Positions 101,601 through 109,700 of a stretch of DNA of 248,000 bases are shown here, in pieces. The DNA is from Hyalangium minutum. Lineage in GTDB: Bacteria > Myxococcota > Myxococcia > Myxococcales > Myxococcaceae. Within the stretch, counting starts at the first letter, position 1; every line of letters begins with the position of its first letter. A program made the translations under genes and the position numbers. The stretch spans positions 20,001-268,000 of the forward strand of contig NZ_JMCB01000001.1 of the NCBI RefSeq assembly GCF_000737315.1, given 5' to 3'. The notes beneath the pieces were generated by a model, which had not been told where the DNA came from, did no database searches, and saw nothing but the letters and a program-made list of their open reading frames with translations.

Positions 101601-103749
101601 CCCCCGTTACACCGGCCTGGGCTTCACCGCCCATGGCACGCGCGAGGGCATGGAGTTGCTCGAGGCGGCGCTGTCCCTCCCCGACACGACGAGCGTCATG
101701 CCCTGCGTGGTGAACCGCGCCACCTTGCGGCTGGATCGGATGCTGTCCACCCAGGGAGCAGAGCCCGCCGCCCCCGCACGGGCTCCCCAGGCGGCCCCCG
101801 CCGCGCCCGCCCAGGCCGACACGCCGACCCCCACCGCAGCGCGTGCTCCGGCGGTGGACCTGTTCGCCGCCACGCGGGAGCTGATCCTGGAGCTGCTGTC
101901 CCGCGAGCTGATGATCGACAAGGCCCGCTTCCAGGGGGACGCGCCCTTTGGAGACTACGGCGTGGACTCCATCGTCATCGCGGATCTGGTGACCAAGATG
102001 GAGCGCTTCACCGGCAAGCCGGTGGACCCCTCGATCATCCTCGAGCACTCCACGCTCGACACGCTCAGCCACTACCTGAGCGAGGCATTCCAGCCGGGCC
102101 TGGAGGCCTTCCTGGCGCGCGGCAGCACCGGCGCTGGCGCCCCTGCGCCGCAGGCCTCACCGCTGCCGGTGGCTCCTTCGGCGCCAGTGCCGCCTCCGGT
102201 GCCGCTCCCAGAGAGCCAGCCCGCCGCGCCCCCCGCGCTGGTGACGACGGCGGGCTCCACGCCTCGCCAGAAGATTGCCGTCATCGGTGCGGCCTGCCGC
102301 GTCCCGGGGGCGGAGAGCCTGGAGGCCTACTGGGAGAACCTGCGCACCGGCCGATTCAGCATCAGCGAGGTGCCGCGCTCGCGCTGGAACAGCGACGAGC
102401 TGTACCGCCCCCACCATGAGAAGGGGAAGAGCATCAGCAAGTGGGGGGGCTTCCTCGACGGCATCGAGCTCTTCGATCCTGGCTACTTCGGCATCCCCGA
102501 GGAGGACGCGGCCCACATGGACCCGCTCATCCGCCTCTTCCTGGAGTGCAGCGAGCAGACGCTGCGCAACGCCGGCTACGCGAAGACGGATCTCTGGAAC
102601 CGGCGGGTGGGCACCTTCGTGGGCTCGGGCACCAGCACCTATGGCACCCGCATCCTCGTGCCCAGCCGCAGCACCGCCACCGGGCTGAACCAGAACTTCA
102701 TTGGCGCGCACGTGGCCCACGTCTTCAACTTCAAGGGCCCCAACATGGTGGTGGACACGGCCTGCTCGTCCTCGCTGACGAGCATCTACCTGGCCTGCCA
102801 GAGCCTCGCCGCGGGTGAGTGCGAGCTCGCTCTTGCCGGTGGCGTGGACGTCCTGCTCGACGAGGTGCCCTACCTGAAGCTGAGCGAGGCCAAGGCGCTC
102901 TCGCCGGACGGCCGCTGCCACACGTTCGACGTGAAGGCCAACGGCTTCGTGCCGGGCGAGGGCGTGGGCGCCATTCTGCTCAAGCCACTGGAACGGGCCC
103001 TCGCGGATGGAGACCGCATCCTCTCCGTCATCGAGGCGTGCGCCATGAACAACGACGGCCACACCATGGGCCTCACCACCCCCAACATGCAGGCGCAGCA
103101 GGAGGTGGTGCAGCAGGCCCTGGAGAAGGCGGGCGTCAGCGCCCGCACCGTCACCTACGTGGAGACGCACGGCACGGGGACGATGATCGGCGATCCCATC
103201 GAGCTCAAGGGCCTGATGAACGTGTTCCGGCGTGACACCGCCGACAACCAGTTCTGCGCGGTGGGCAGCGTGAAGACGAACATCGGCCACCTGATGCTCG
103301 CCGCCGGGATCGCGGGCTTCATCAAGCTGACGCTCTCGCTCCAGCACCGGCTCATCCCGCCCACGCTGCACTGCGACGAGCCCAACCCGCGCTTCGCCTT
103401 CCAGACCTCCCCCTTCATGCCCGCCCTCACGGCCCGTGAGTGGGTGCCGTATCAGGGGGTGCGCCGCGCGGGCATCAGCGCGTTCGGCTTCGGGGGCACC
103501 AACTGCCACATCCTCGTCCGGGACTTCGATCCGGCCGACCATGCGGGCTACCAGGTCCGGCGCGTGGCGCTGCCGCCCGCGGAGTTCCGCAAGAAGCGGT
103601 ACTGGTTCGAGAAGCCCTCGTCGACGCCCGTCGCCCCAGGCCACCCTGCCCCTCTGCCCGTCCGCGAGCCCACCGCCCCCAACACCCTGCGCCCCAACCC
103701 GCTCAACGGGGCCCGCAAGCTCCTCGTCCTGGAGGACTCCGGCCCATGA
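89692..103749 (+). CDS. trans-AT PKS 1: MaoC-DH, SDR-KR, FkbH, ACP, KS1-DH-KR-ACP, KS2-KR-ACP, KS3
   Basis: DTNPLH; GGSRGLG; LDCDNTLW; three DTACS/HGTGT/GH KS triads; no AT domain. Confidence 0.93.
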   Translation: MSPASTLNEVRFTRGELEQFCQASLDTNPLHLSDDYARKSPYGARIVHGILGALTLLGRLRERPQQRLARLELRFLNPLFLDQPYRLSIQEPTPDKTLATLFDGGRELLQLVAHFHTGPLARPPAADTPARAPREQPAELGLEDLRAGQLLEEDYSPRWSVLTDLIHQLGVTGKGVDVQQAAVLAWSSYLIGMEVPGRQALYSRLDADFDAVAGEASSLHCRTEVQSVEKQFGLVRLRARVGAGTPIASLELRAFVRPELPPSSVELLTRLQPESRVLAGKVALVIGGSRGLGAALVQALALQGCTVYLNYLKSEREAAAVRDALGARASAVHLLQGDGSDLEWCQRAQAEILGRHGRLDLLLCNACLPLQPLRVEPDPTSRLTEYVRKSLALVHAPLSCFLEELARQKGQAVVLSSSAVREPLAGWPHYVSAKCAIEGLARTAALEYPQVSVIVARPPRLLTELTNTPLGNDSALRPEAVATSLVRSLLTAPSTGQVVMLEDFTDTASVRPPTEAPPPAQEQAAPQEKAASQEKAVPQEQKTAPRRKLAIAATFTAEPLQESLEFWGEELKLGLEVEFAPYNQIFQELLAPSSLLSGNAEGLNVLLLRPEDWVHYEHADGRDDHGPAHPAERDFATFSQKVERSTGDLIAAVKTHKARSKAPLLVCLCPSTPELLRHKGYALFLRRIEERLERELKAQPGTYVLQAAAFAEQYPVSQYHDEVRDQMGHIPYTPAYFSVLGTLVTRALHSILTPPFKVIVLDCDNTLWKGVCGEDGPQGVDISPSYRYLQEQMVRQQAQGMILCLCSKNVESDVIEVFKQRPEMALKLEHITTHRINWLPKSQNLRSLAEELNVGLDSFIFLDDNPVEIAEVKAACPQVLALTVPKEAEALPTLVDHIWAFDRLVVTEEDKKRTQMYRQNKERDTYQQSATSFGEFLHGLGLDIRITEMTAAQRPRVSQLTQRTNQFNFTTVRRSEAELQQLVDAGTHQIWTTQVSDRFGDYGLVGVVISRRDADRISVDSFMLSCRVLGRGVEHAMLARLGQLALDSGLEWVEATFTPTAKNPPALRFLEAAGSQFRQEAEGRSIFRFPAQYAATVTFSPDKVDQQDLELAANADKGGKPTAPASMDASRLERLERITRELSEPRRIHERVSAYHAARRAGPLPAPEVRPTEPAMSAAAAPPSNAPSAPSAPGEPDEAALLRATVDFLQGIFGRFLSAARTGVKLDTHFEALGLTSFSIIDITVALEDELGSLPKTLLFEHKTLGSLARYLFTERRADLLRKVKPTAAPAAVPVPVPALMPTASLERPHSQETASGPSSKTDIAIIGISGRYPQARNLHEFWESLRAGRSNITEVPADRWEHSRFYDPSGKKRDKSYTKWGGFVEGVGEFDSLFFNISPKEAEQMDPQQRLFLEVVYEAVEDAGYTRRTLGRNVGVYAGVMANNYLLFSAEAALAGHSPYPYADNYQVANRISYFFDFSGPSLSIDTACSASGVALHTACEALRSGACSVAIAGGVNLILHPYRSVQYSQMTMLSRDERCRAFGSDAQGFVMGEGVGAVLLKPLAQALKDGDHIYGLIKGSAVNHGGRTSGFTVPNPTAQGELVAEALKRGGVDARSISYVEAHGTGTPLGDPIEVRGLTAAFRQDTADTGFCAIGSVKPNIGHLEPAAAIAGLTKVLLQMRHGTLVPSLNSEQLNPYIDFESSPFRVQRERAEWKRPRWKRQGVTVEAPRRAGLSSFGAGGVNAHLVVEEYVHEPTSATQGPQLIVLSAKNAERLRESLERLQRALTHPPQAPAHLRPSLGDIAYTLQVGRESFEERVALIVQDLEELSRKLEKLAVGEKGVEGVFTGNIKNRGAVDTLGEGEEALAFTQALIRNGRLDKLAQLWTQGAELPWEQLHAGQKRRRVPLPTYPFARTRHWLPESGLLSGPRPVEPREARLAPTRPHPMIDRERSSPEGQRFETRWDGSEFYLRDHVVAARKTLPGVAYLELARAAGALARGAGVARLRAMVWSQPILVPGAPVEAQVALHAVKHGTDVTISTGTSDGNRVVHARCRLGDEHLEALSAPPLLDLESLRQRCTHRKSQEQVYADFIAQGFTYGPTFQAVVEHLSSESEALSLLELPATAGEPDHFGLHPSLLDGALQTIIAKVRGNETYLPFALDELTQYGPLPRRCHAYVRFEREDAEQLRCNVRLLDETGRTLVALDGLTLRALKPKSVETAPSGAPLYRPVWERVSAPAFELPSRDTTFLLFDEGEERFQAWTRFLGERGLPAESVHLATPGPRYAALGGQRYQLRPEEPADHLALLQALPGAGPLVVLHAWRPREQEPTSPLQGAGLGSLLATSQALLTLKQRPELRLLALCATDEDSPLSAAVGGFIRSLAQESTRLQPRAIQLADPAIASDVGRLLGELRAGGELEVRLDASGRLVRRFQRATSPVTSRSVLREKGVYLITGGMGGLGLIFARHLVERYRASVVLTGRSALREEQQRTLESLQAQGAQLLYLRADITQAADIDWMMREVRARFGHLHGVLHSAGVIEDAYLSQKSRESFARVLAPKLAGTWLLDLATAREPLDFFVTFSSVASVFGSAGQTDYATANRFLDAQATSRAALVRAGQRSGVTLSLNWPLWQEGGMRVGADVVELTARTTGLRPLATATGLQAFEEALRLGEPQLAVLHGDRARIEQALEPGAGATRALEPTPAGNLPVFVPPAGAAHPARLSHEELLRRLQDFLLRKSSELLKVNVADIDPDDDMSDYGFDSISLTELANALNETFDLALTPVVFFENPAISGLARFLMERHRDAFAAHYDAEAHAAAGLAAAPAPAAAAEPAPLLASAPMPAPRPLQAEPRPSVLTAPSARLSQEARPATAEPIAIIGMAGVFPQSPDLETFWKNLLAGKDLIREVPEERWDWKAWYGDPKREPNKTTCKWGGFIDEVDAFDALFFNISPREAQFMDPQQRIFLETAWRAIEDAGYSPQRLSGSATGVFTGVTLHDYLELIQQSGLDIVAHTSTGNVHSIVPNRLSYLLNLRGPSEPIDTACSSSLVALHRAVRALQAGDCELAIAGGINVLLSPTMFVSFSKAGMLASDGRCKTFDARADGYVRGEGAGVVLLKPLSKAEADGDTIHAIIRGTAVNHGGHAHSLTAPNPNAQAELLVTAHERAGFSPDTVGYIETHGTGTELGDPIEIEGLKKAFSQLAERRGLPGWNGATCGLGAVKTNVGHLECASGMAGLLKTLLAMRHRMLPPNLHFEQLNPYIDLKGSPFYVVDTPRAWEPLKDRHGQPLPLRAGISSFGFGGVNAHVVIEEYVPRPRPPAEAAPQLFILSAREGERLKEYARRLRDSVAARLDRKDEQVSLADMAYTLQVGRDVMDTRLAIIAQSEQELVARLDAFLADKAAPDAVFTGQRPARKQASALVFGDDEDDKAYLRSLLGKGKLAKLASLWVQGQELDWTFLHEGRLRRRVELPTYPFAREKHWLPRVRPVEGTPTLTRAAPVAQAPAPQAPAPQAPAPAEVPTPPPGEKLLLVKRWRPAPAPVTAPTLRGMYLVLLNGEGAIDVLKDLGSQPECQWIAIKGASGLPRLTAREYELDFSDGEQGTRLITELLSRHPQVNGLVDLSDVYAAPRVSPDRDAGKVAVLQGLLRHTGQAPLRILHFTHGLVPFENTVPTLAGATVAGIVRMLGAEYGRVRAVTVDVDLSCDRSEELLALVAAEASADTGMGEVCYRKGTRYLPYLEEVAVSAPGEATRLGPFPVDPARTYVITGGTGGLGFEAARTLVAKGARRLALLGARTLPPRDSWSSLLASSSTEQDVATRVRRVLELEQAGAQVALYHGPLSDEPRLAAFFSDTRKRLGAIAGVIHCAGIVSQRPPSFSQKGLEDMRRVWEPKVRGLIVLSGVLKADTPDFFLLYSSVSAVVPSLAVGMADYASANGFLDAFAAYQAGKSRTRFLALNWPSWKDTGMGEISSPRYTGLGFTAHGTREGMELLEAALSLPDTTSVMPCVVNRATLRLDRMLSTQGAEPAAPARAPQAAPAAPAQADTPTPTAARAPAVDLFAATRELILELLSRELMIDKARFQGDAPFGDYGVDSIVIADLVTKMERFTGKPVDPSIILEHSTLDTLSHYLSEAFQPGLEAFLARGSTGAGAPAPQASPLPVAPSAPVPPPVPLPESQPAAPPALVTTAGSTPRQKIAVIGAACRVPGAESLEAYWENLRTGRFSISEVPRSRWNSDELYRPHHEKGKSISKWGGFLDGIELFDPGYFGIPEEDAAHMDPLIRLFLECSEQTLRNAGYAKTDLWNRRVGTFVGSGTSTYGTRILVPSRSTATGLNQNFIGAHVAHVFNFKGPNMVVDTACSSSLTSIYLACQSLAAGECELALAGGVDVLLDEVPYLKLSEAKALSPDGRCHTFDVKANGFVPGEGVGAILLKPLERALADGDRILSVIEACAMNNDGHTMGLTTPNMQAQQEVVQQALEKAGVSARTVTYVETHGTGTMIGDPIELKGLMNVFRRDTADNQFCAVGSVKTNIGHLMLAAGIAGFIKLTLSLQHRLIPPTLHCDEPNPRFAFQTSPFMPALTAREWVPYQGVRRAGISAFGFGGTNCHILVRDFDPADHAGYQVRRVALPPAEFRKKRYWFEKPSSTPVAPGHPAPLPVREPTAPNTLRPNPLNGARKLLVLEDSGP

Positions 103750-106700
103750 GCCCCACGATCGTGAACCCGCCCGTGATGGCCCTCTCGTCCAAGCGTCTCA
103801 AGACGACCGTCCTCTTCGAGGACTACATGGTGCGCGATCACCTCGTGCACGGGGTGCGCATCCTCCCCGGCGTCTTCTTCCTGGATCTCACCTACCGGAT
103901 GGCCCGCCAGCAGGGGCTGGAGCCAGGCCAGGTGGAGCTGCGCCGGTGCCTCTTCATCGAGCCCATCGCCGTCACCGAGAGCTACGACAAGCAGGTGCGG
104001 CTCTCCGTCGAGCCGCAGGGGGATCACGCCGCCATCTCGGTGGAGAGCCGCAAGGTGAAGGACGGCGTCGCCCTCGAGGAGCAGTGGACCGCCAACTTCA
104101 CCTGTGAGCTTCACCAGGTCCCACGGGAGCCGAGGGCCCCGCTGGACATCGCTCGCCTCCGGGCCACCGCCACGCGCCGGGCGGACGCGGACGAGCTGTA
104201 TGCCTTCGCCCGCTCGGTGGACATCGACCACCAGGAGTTCATGAAGGCCCTGGGCACGCTGCACTACGGCCAAGGCTGGCTGCTGGCCGAGGTGACGCTG
104301 AGCGAGCTCGCGCAAGGCTACCTGGAGCACTTCCACGTCCACCCAGCCTACCTGGACTTCTCCACGCTGATGCCGTTCTGCCTCTTCGAGAAGGACGCGG
104401 CGGAGCGGCAGCCCTTCATCCCCATCTTCATCGACGCGTTCCGCGCCCATGGCCCGCTGAGCCGCACCTGCGTTGCCTACGTGGAGCAGACCGGTCAGCA
104501 GAGCCTCTCCGGCGACACCGTCCACAGCGACATCCGGCTGTTCAGCCCCGAGGGGGAGCTGCTCGTCCACTTCCGGAACTTCCGCGCGAAGAAGATCCGC
104601 ACCCGGAACCTCATCACCCAGCACCAGGCCCCGAGCCAAGCGCCCGAGCCCGCCCGTCCAGCGCTCACGCCGGTCGCTCCGCCTGCAGCCCCGCGCCCCA
104701 GCGCTTCCGCGTCCCCACTGGAGCGGGTCCAGGCAGAGCTGCGCTCGCTGGTGAGCCGCGCCCTGAAGCGTCTCCCCGAGGACGTGGACGTGAACGCGGG
104801 CTTCTACGAGCAGGGGCTCGCCTCGGTGGATCTGCTGCAGATCGTCCGTGCCCTGGAGGCCCGGCTTGGGCGCGAGCTGTATCCCACGCTCCTCTTCGAG
104901 TACACCACCGTCTCGGCCCTTGCGGGCTACCTCGTGGAGCAGTTCGGGGATCTGCTCGCCAGGCCCTCCGAGTCCGCTCCCGCCGAGCCCCCGCCCCCGC
105001 CCCCGCAGGCCGCCGCTGCAGCGGCTCCCGCGGCAACGTCCCCCGCCGTGGAGTCCTCGAAGCCGGCGCCGCGCGCGCCCGCCGCGCGAGAGGAGGCGGA
105101 TGAGGATGAGATCGCCATCGTGGGCGTCGCGGGACGCTACCCGCAGGCACGCGACCTGGACGAGTTCTGGGCCAACCTGAAGGCAGGCCGGGACTGCATC
105201 ACCGAGATCCCCCGCTCCCGGTGGGAGGTGGAGCGCTACTTCGATTCCGAGCGTGGCAAGCCGGGCCGCACCTACAGCCGGTGGGGTGGCTTCATCGACG
105301 GCGTGGACGAGTTCGATCCGCTCTTCTTCAACATCTCGCCGCGCGAGGCCGAGATGATGGATCCCCAGGAGCGCGTCTTCCTGGAGACAGCCTGGGCCGC
105401 GCTGGAAGATGCGGGCTACACGCGCGAGCGGCTGGGCACGGGCAAGGGCAATGACATCGGCGTCTTCGCCGGGGTGATGTGGAGCGACTACCAGCTCTTC
105501 GGCCTGGAGGAGATCCTCAAGGGCAACCCGGTGGTCGCCGGCTCGTGGTTCTCCTCGGTGGCCAACCGGATCTCCTATTTCCTGAACCTGCAGGGCCCGA
105601 GCGTCCCAGTGGACACGGCATGCTCCTCGTCGCTCTACGCCATCCACCTGGCGTGCGAGAGCATCAAGCGCGGCGAGTGCAGCGCGGCGCTCGTGGGTGG
105701 CGTCAACGCCTCCCTGCACTTCTCGAAGTACCTCAAGCTGAGCGAGCTGCAGATGCTGTCGACGGACGGGCGCTGCCGGACGTTCGGCAAGGGTGGCAAT
105801 GGCTACGTCCCCGGCGAGGGGGTGGGTGCCGTGCTCCTCAAGCCGCTGAAGCGAGCGATCGCCGACAGAGACACCATCCACGCCGTCATCAAGTCCACGG
105901 CGGTCAACCACGGAGGCCGCACCAGTGGCTTCTCCGTGCCAAGCCCGGACGCACAGGCGCGGCTCATCCGGGATGCGCTGGAGAAGGCCCGCATCCCCGC
106001 CTCCACGGTGAGCTACATCGAAGCACATGGCACGGGCACCTCGCTGGGTGACCCCATCGAGATCGCGGGCCTGACGAGCGCCTTCCGCGGCGACAGCACG
106101 GAGAAGGGCTTCTGCGCGGTGGGCTCGGTGAAGTCCAACATCGGCCACCTGGAGGCCGCGGCGGGCATCGCTGGGCTGACCAAAGTGCTGCTGTGCATGA
106201 GGCACCGCACGCTGGTGCCCTCCCTGCACTCGCGGGAGCTCAACCCCAGCATCCCCTTCGCGGACACTCCCTTCTACGTGCCGCAGGAAGCACGTGCGTG
106301 GGAGAAGCGCACGGGTCATCCCCGCCGCGCGGGCATCAGCTCCTTCGGCGCGGGCGGCTCCAATGCCCACATCCTCTTGGAGGAGTATGAGGATCCACGG
106401 GTGGGACGCGAGGCCGCCTCGGCGCTCCCGCAGCTGGTGGTGCTGTCCGCACGCACCCCAGAGCGCCTCCAGGAGTCCGCGCGGAAGCTGCGCGACTTCC
106501 TAGAAGCCCATGGGGAGGCACGGCTGGAGGACCTCGCGTACACCCTGCAGGTGGGCCGCGAGACGATGGAGGCGCGGCTCGCCGTGGTGGCGCAGGACAA
106601 GGCGGAGCTGCGCAAGGCGCTGGAAGGCTACCTCGACGGCACCCCGGAGGGAGCGCGACGGGTCCTCAGCGGCCAGGTGAAGCGGGGCGCCAGCGGCGCC

Positions 106701-109700
106701 GGAAGCGAGAGCGAGGATCACGCCTACCACCAGTCGCTGTGGCAGGGCGGAAAGCTGGCCCGGCTCGCAGCCCTGTGGACGGAGGGCACGGAGATCACCT
106801 GGTCCCGGCTGGAGCACTCCCCCACGCTGAGGCGCATTCCGCTGCCCACGTACCCCTTCGCCCGCCGGCGCTGCTGGATCCCTCAGGTGGCCTCGTCGCG
106901 GGGAGCAGGTGCCTCGGCGGCCCCGGTGCTGCACCCGCTGATCGACGCCAACACCTCCACGTTGAAGGGTCCGCGCTTCCTCAAGCGGCTCACGGCCACC
107001 GAGTTCTATGTGGCCGATCACATCGTCCGTGAGCAGCGGCTGCTGCCGGGCGTGGTGTCGCTGGAGATGGCCCGGGCCGCGGGTGCGCTGGCTTCCGAGA
107101 CCGGGATCTCCCACCTGCGGAATGTCCTCTGGGCCAGCCCGCTCGTCGTGGACTCGCCGCGGGACGTGACCGTCCGGCTCAGCGCTGGCGGCGCCCATGT
107201 CGAGTTCGAGGTGGTGACGGGCTCGGGCGAGGAGGCCACCGTGCACGCGCTCGGCAAGCTCTATTCCTCTTCCGGGGAGGCACAGCAGCCCCCAGCTCCC
107301 GTCTCGATCGATGAGATCCAGCGGCGCTGCGCCCAGGTGCTCTCCGACGAGGCTGTCTACTCCGGGTTCGTGGCGCGGGGCTTCCGGTACGGCCCGGGCC
107401 TGCGAGCCATTCACGAGCTGCGCACTGGGCCGGGTGAGGCCCTCGCCGAGCTGCGCCTGCCCGAGCATCTCCAGGCAGAGGCCAGCGCCTATGTCCTGCA
107501 CCCCGCCCTCCTCGACGGTGCGCTCCAGGCGGTCTCCGGCCTGACGCCCCCCGCCTCGGGCGGCGAGGGCGAGCTGCTGCCTTTCTCCGTGGGAGAGCTG
107601 CGGCTCCACAGCCCCATCCCCTCGCGCTGCTTCGTCCACGTCACCGTGGGAGAGCCCAAGGAGAGCACCGGCACGCCTACCCGCTTCCACCTGCGCCTGC
107701 TCGATGAGGCCGGCCGAACGCTCGTCAGCCTGCGGGACTTCACGCTGCGAAGGGTGGCGCGAGAGGAGCTCCCGGTACAGCGCCCCGTGGAGAATCCTGA
107801 GGGGCTGCTGATCTACGAGCCCCACTGGGAAGAGACCCCCGTGCCTGCTCCGTACATCCCCTCGGGCGGAGACGCCCAGCGCCCCTTCCTCGTCTTCGAG
107901 CGGGAGGAGGCGCACTCGCAAGGGCTCCGGCGCCAGCTGCGCGAGCGCTCCGGTGAGGCGCCCATCATCCGGGTGCAGCCCGGCGAGGGCTTCCGCTGCC
108001 TCTCTCCGGAGCACTATCAGATCACTCCGGCTCGCGAGGAGGACTACCGCCAGCTGTGGGAGGCGCTCCGCGAGCGGGGACTCCAGCCCGCGGCCCTCTT
108101 CCACCTCTGGAACCACGAGGCGCGCCCACTCGCCTTCGACACGGCCTCGAGTGCCGAGACCGTGTCCACCGAGCTCCAGGAGCAGCTGCGCCTGGGGCTC
108201 CAATCGCTCTTCCTGCTTGCACGGACCCTGCCTGGGCTCCGGCTGCGGGAGCGGCTGCCCGTCATCTACGCCTTCCAGGGCGAGGGCGAGCAGCCGCAGC
108301 ACTCGGCCGTCGCGGGCTTCGCGCGAAGCGTGGCGCTGGAGAACCCCAAGCTGCGGGTGCGGGTGGTACGGTTCGCCCCGCGCCAGGCTGAGGTCCCCGC
108401 AGACTGGGATGCGCTCCTGCGCGAGCTGCAGCCGCCCGAGCAGACGGAGGTCCGTATCGGCTCCGCCGGCCGGCAGGTGCGGCGCTTCGCTCCCGTGGCG
108501 CCCCCTGCCTCTGGCACGAGCGCCCGGCCGGGGCTGCTCCGTCCACGCGGGGTGTATCTGCTCACGGGGGGCGCAGGCGGACTGGGGCTCGTCTTCGCCC
108601 GGTACCTGGCTCGCGAGGCCCAGGCCCGTGTGGCCCTACTGGGCCGCTCTCCGCTGGATGCGGCCCGGAGGGCTTCGCTCTCCGAGCTGGAGGCGATGGG
108701 TGCCGAGGTGCTGTACCTGAGCGCCGACGTGGCCGATCCCGCGGCGCTGCAGACAGCCGTCACCCGCGTGCGGGAGCGGTTCGGCGCGCTCCACGGCATC
108801 ATCCACGCCGCCGGCGTCATCGAGGACGCCATGGCCGTCAACAAGCCCTTGAATTCCTTCCAGCGGGTGCTCACCCCGAAGATCCAGGGGACGCTGAACC
108901 TCGACGCCGCCACCCGGGAAGTGCCGCTCGACTTCCTGGTGCTGTTCTCCTCCGCCTCCGCTGTCTTCGGCAGCATGGGGCAGACGGACTACGCCGCGGG
109001 CAACCAGTTCATGGACGCGTTCGCAACCCTGCGCGAGGAGCTGCGCGAGCGCGGCCTGCGGAGCGGACGCACGCTCTCGCTCAACTGGCCGCTGTGGCGC
109101 GAGGGCGGCATGCGCATCCAGCCCGAGGTGGAGGAGATGATCCTCCGCAACACGGGACTGAAGGTGTTGGAGACCGGGCGAGGCCTTACCGCCTTCTCGC
109201 TGGCCCAGGCGCTCCCCGGCTCCCAGCTCATGCTGCTGGAGGGCGATCCCGCCGTCATCCACAAGCGCATCGAGCTGGCCACCCAGCCCGTCGTCCGGCC
109301 CCAGCGCTCCGCCCCGCCGCCCCCCGCCGCGCCGGAGCCCGCCGTGGCCGAGCGCGCCGTGGCCCCTCCGACCCTCGAAACGCTCCAGTCCCACCTCGAG
109401 CAGGATCTGAGCGAAACCTGCTCGGCGTTGCTCAAGGTCTCCACGAGCGAGCTCGACGCCGAGGCGGACTTCAGCGACTACGGCGTGGACTCGTTGATGA
109501 TCATGCGGATCCTCGATCACCTCGAGGAGCGCTACACCGTGAGCCTCGATCCGAGTGCCCTCACAGAGCACCCCTCCATTCGCTCCCTGGCGAAGCACCT
109601 CGTGGCTGAGCACCGCGGCCACGTGGAGGCGAGGCTCGCCACGCCTGCCCAGGCTCCAGAGCCTGTCCAGCCCCTCGCCGCCCCCGCCTCGCCGCCTCCT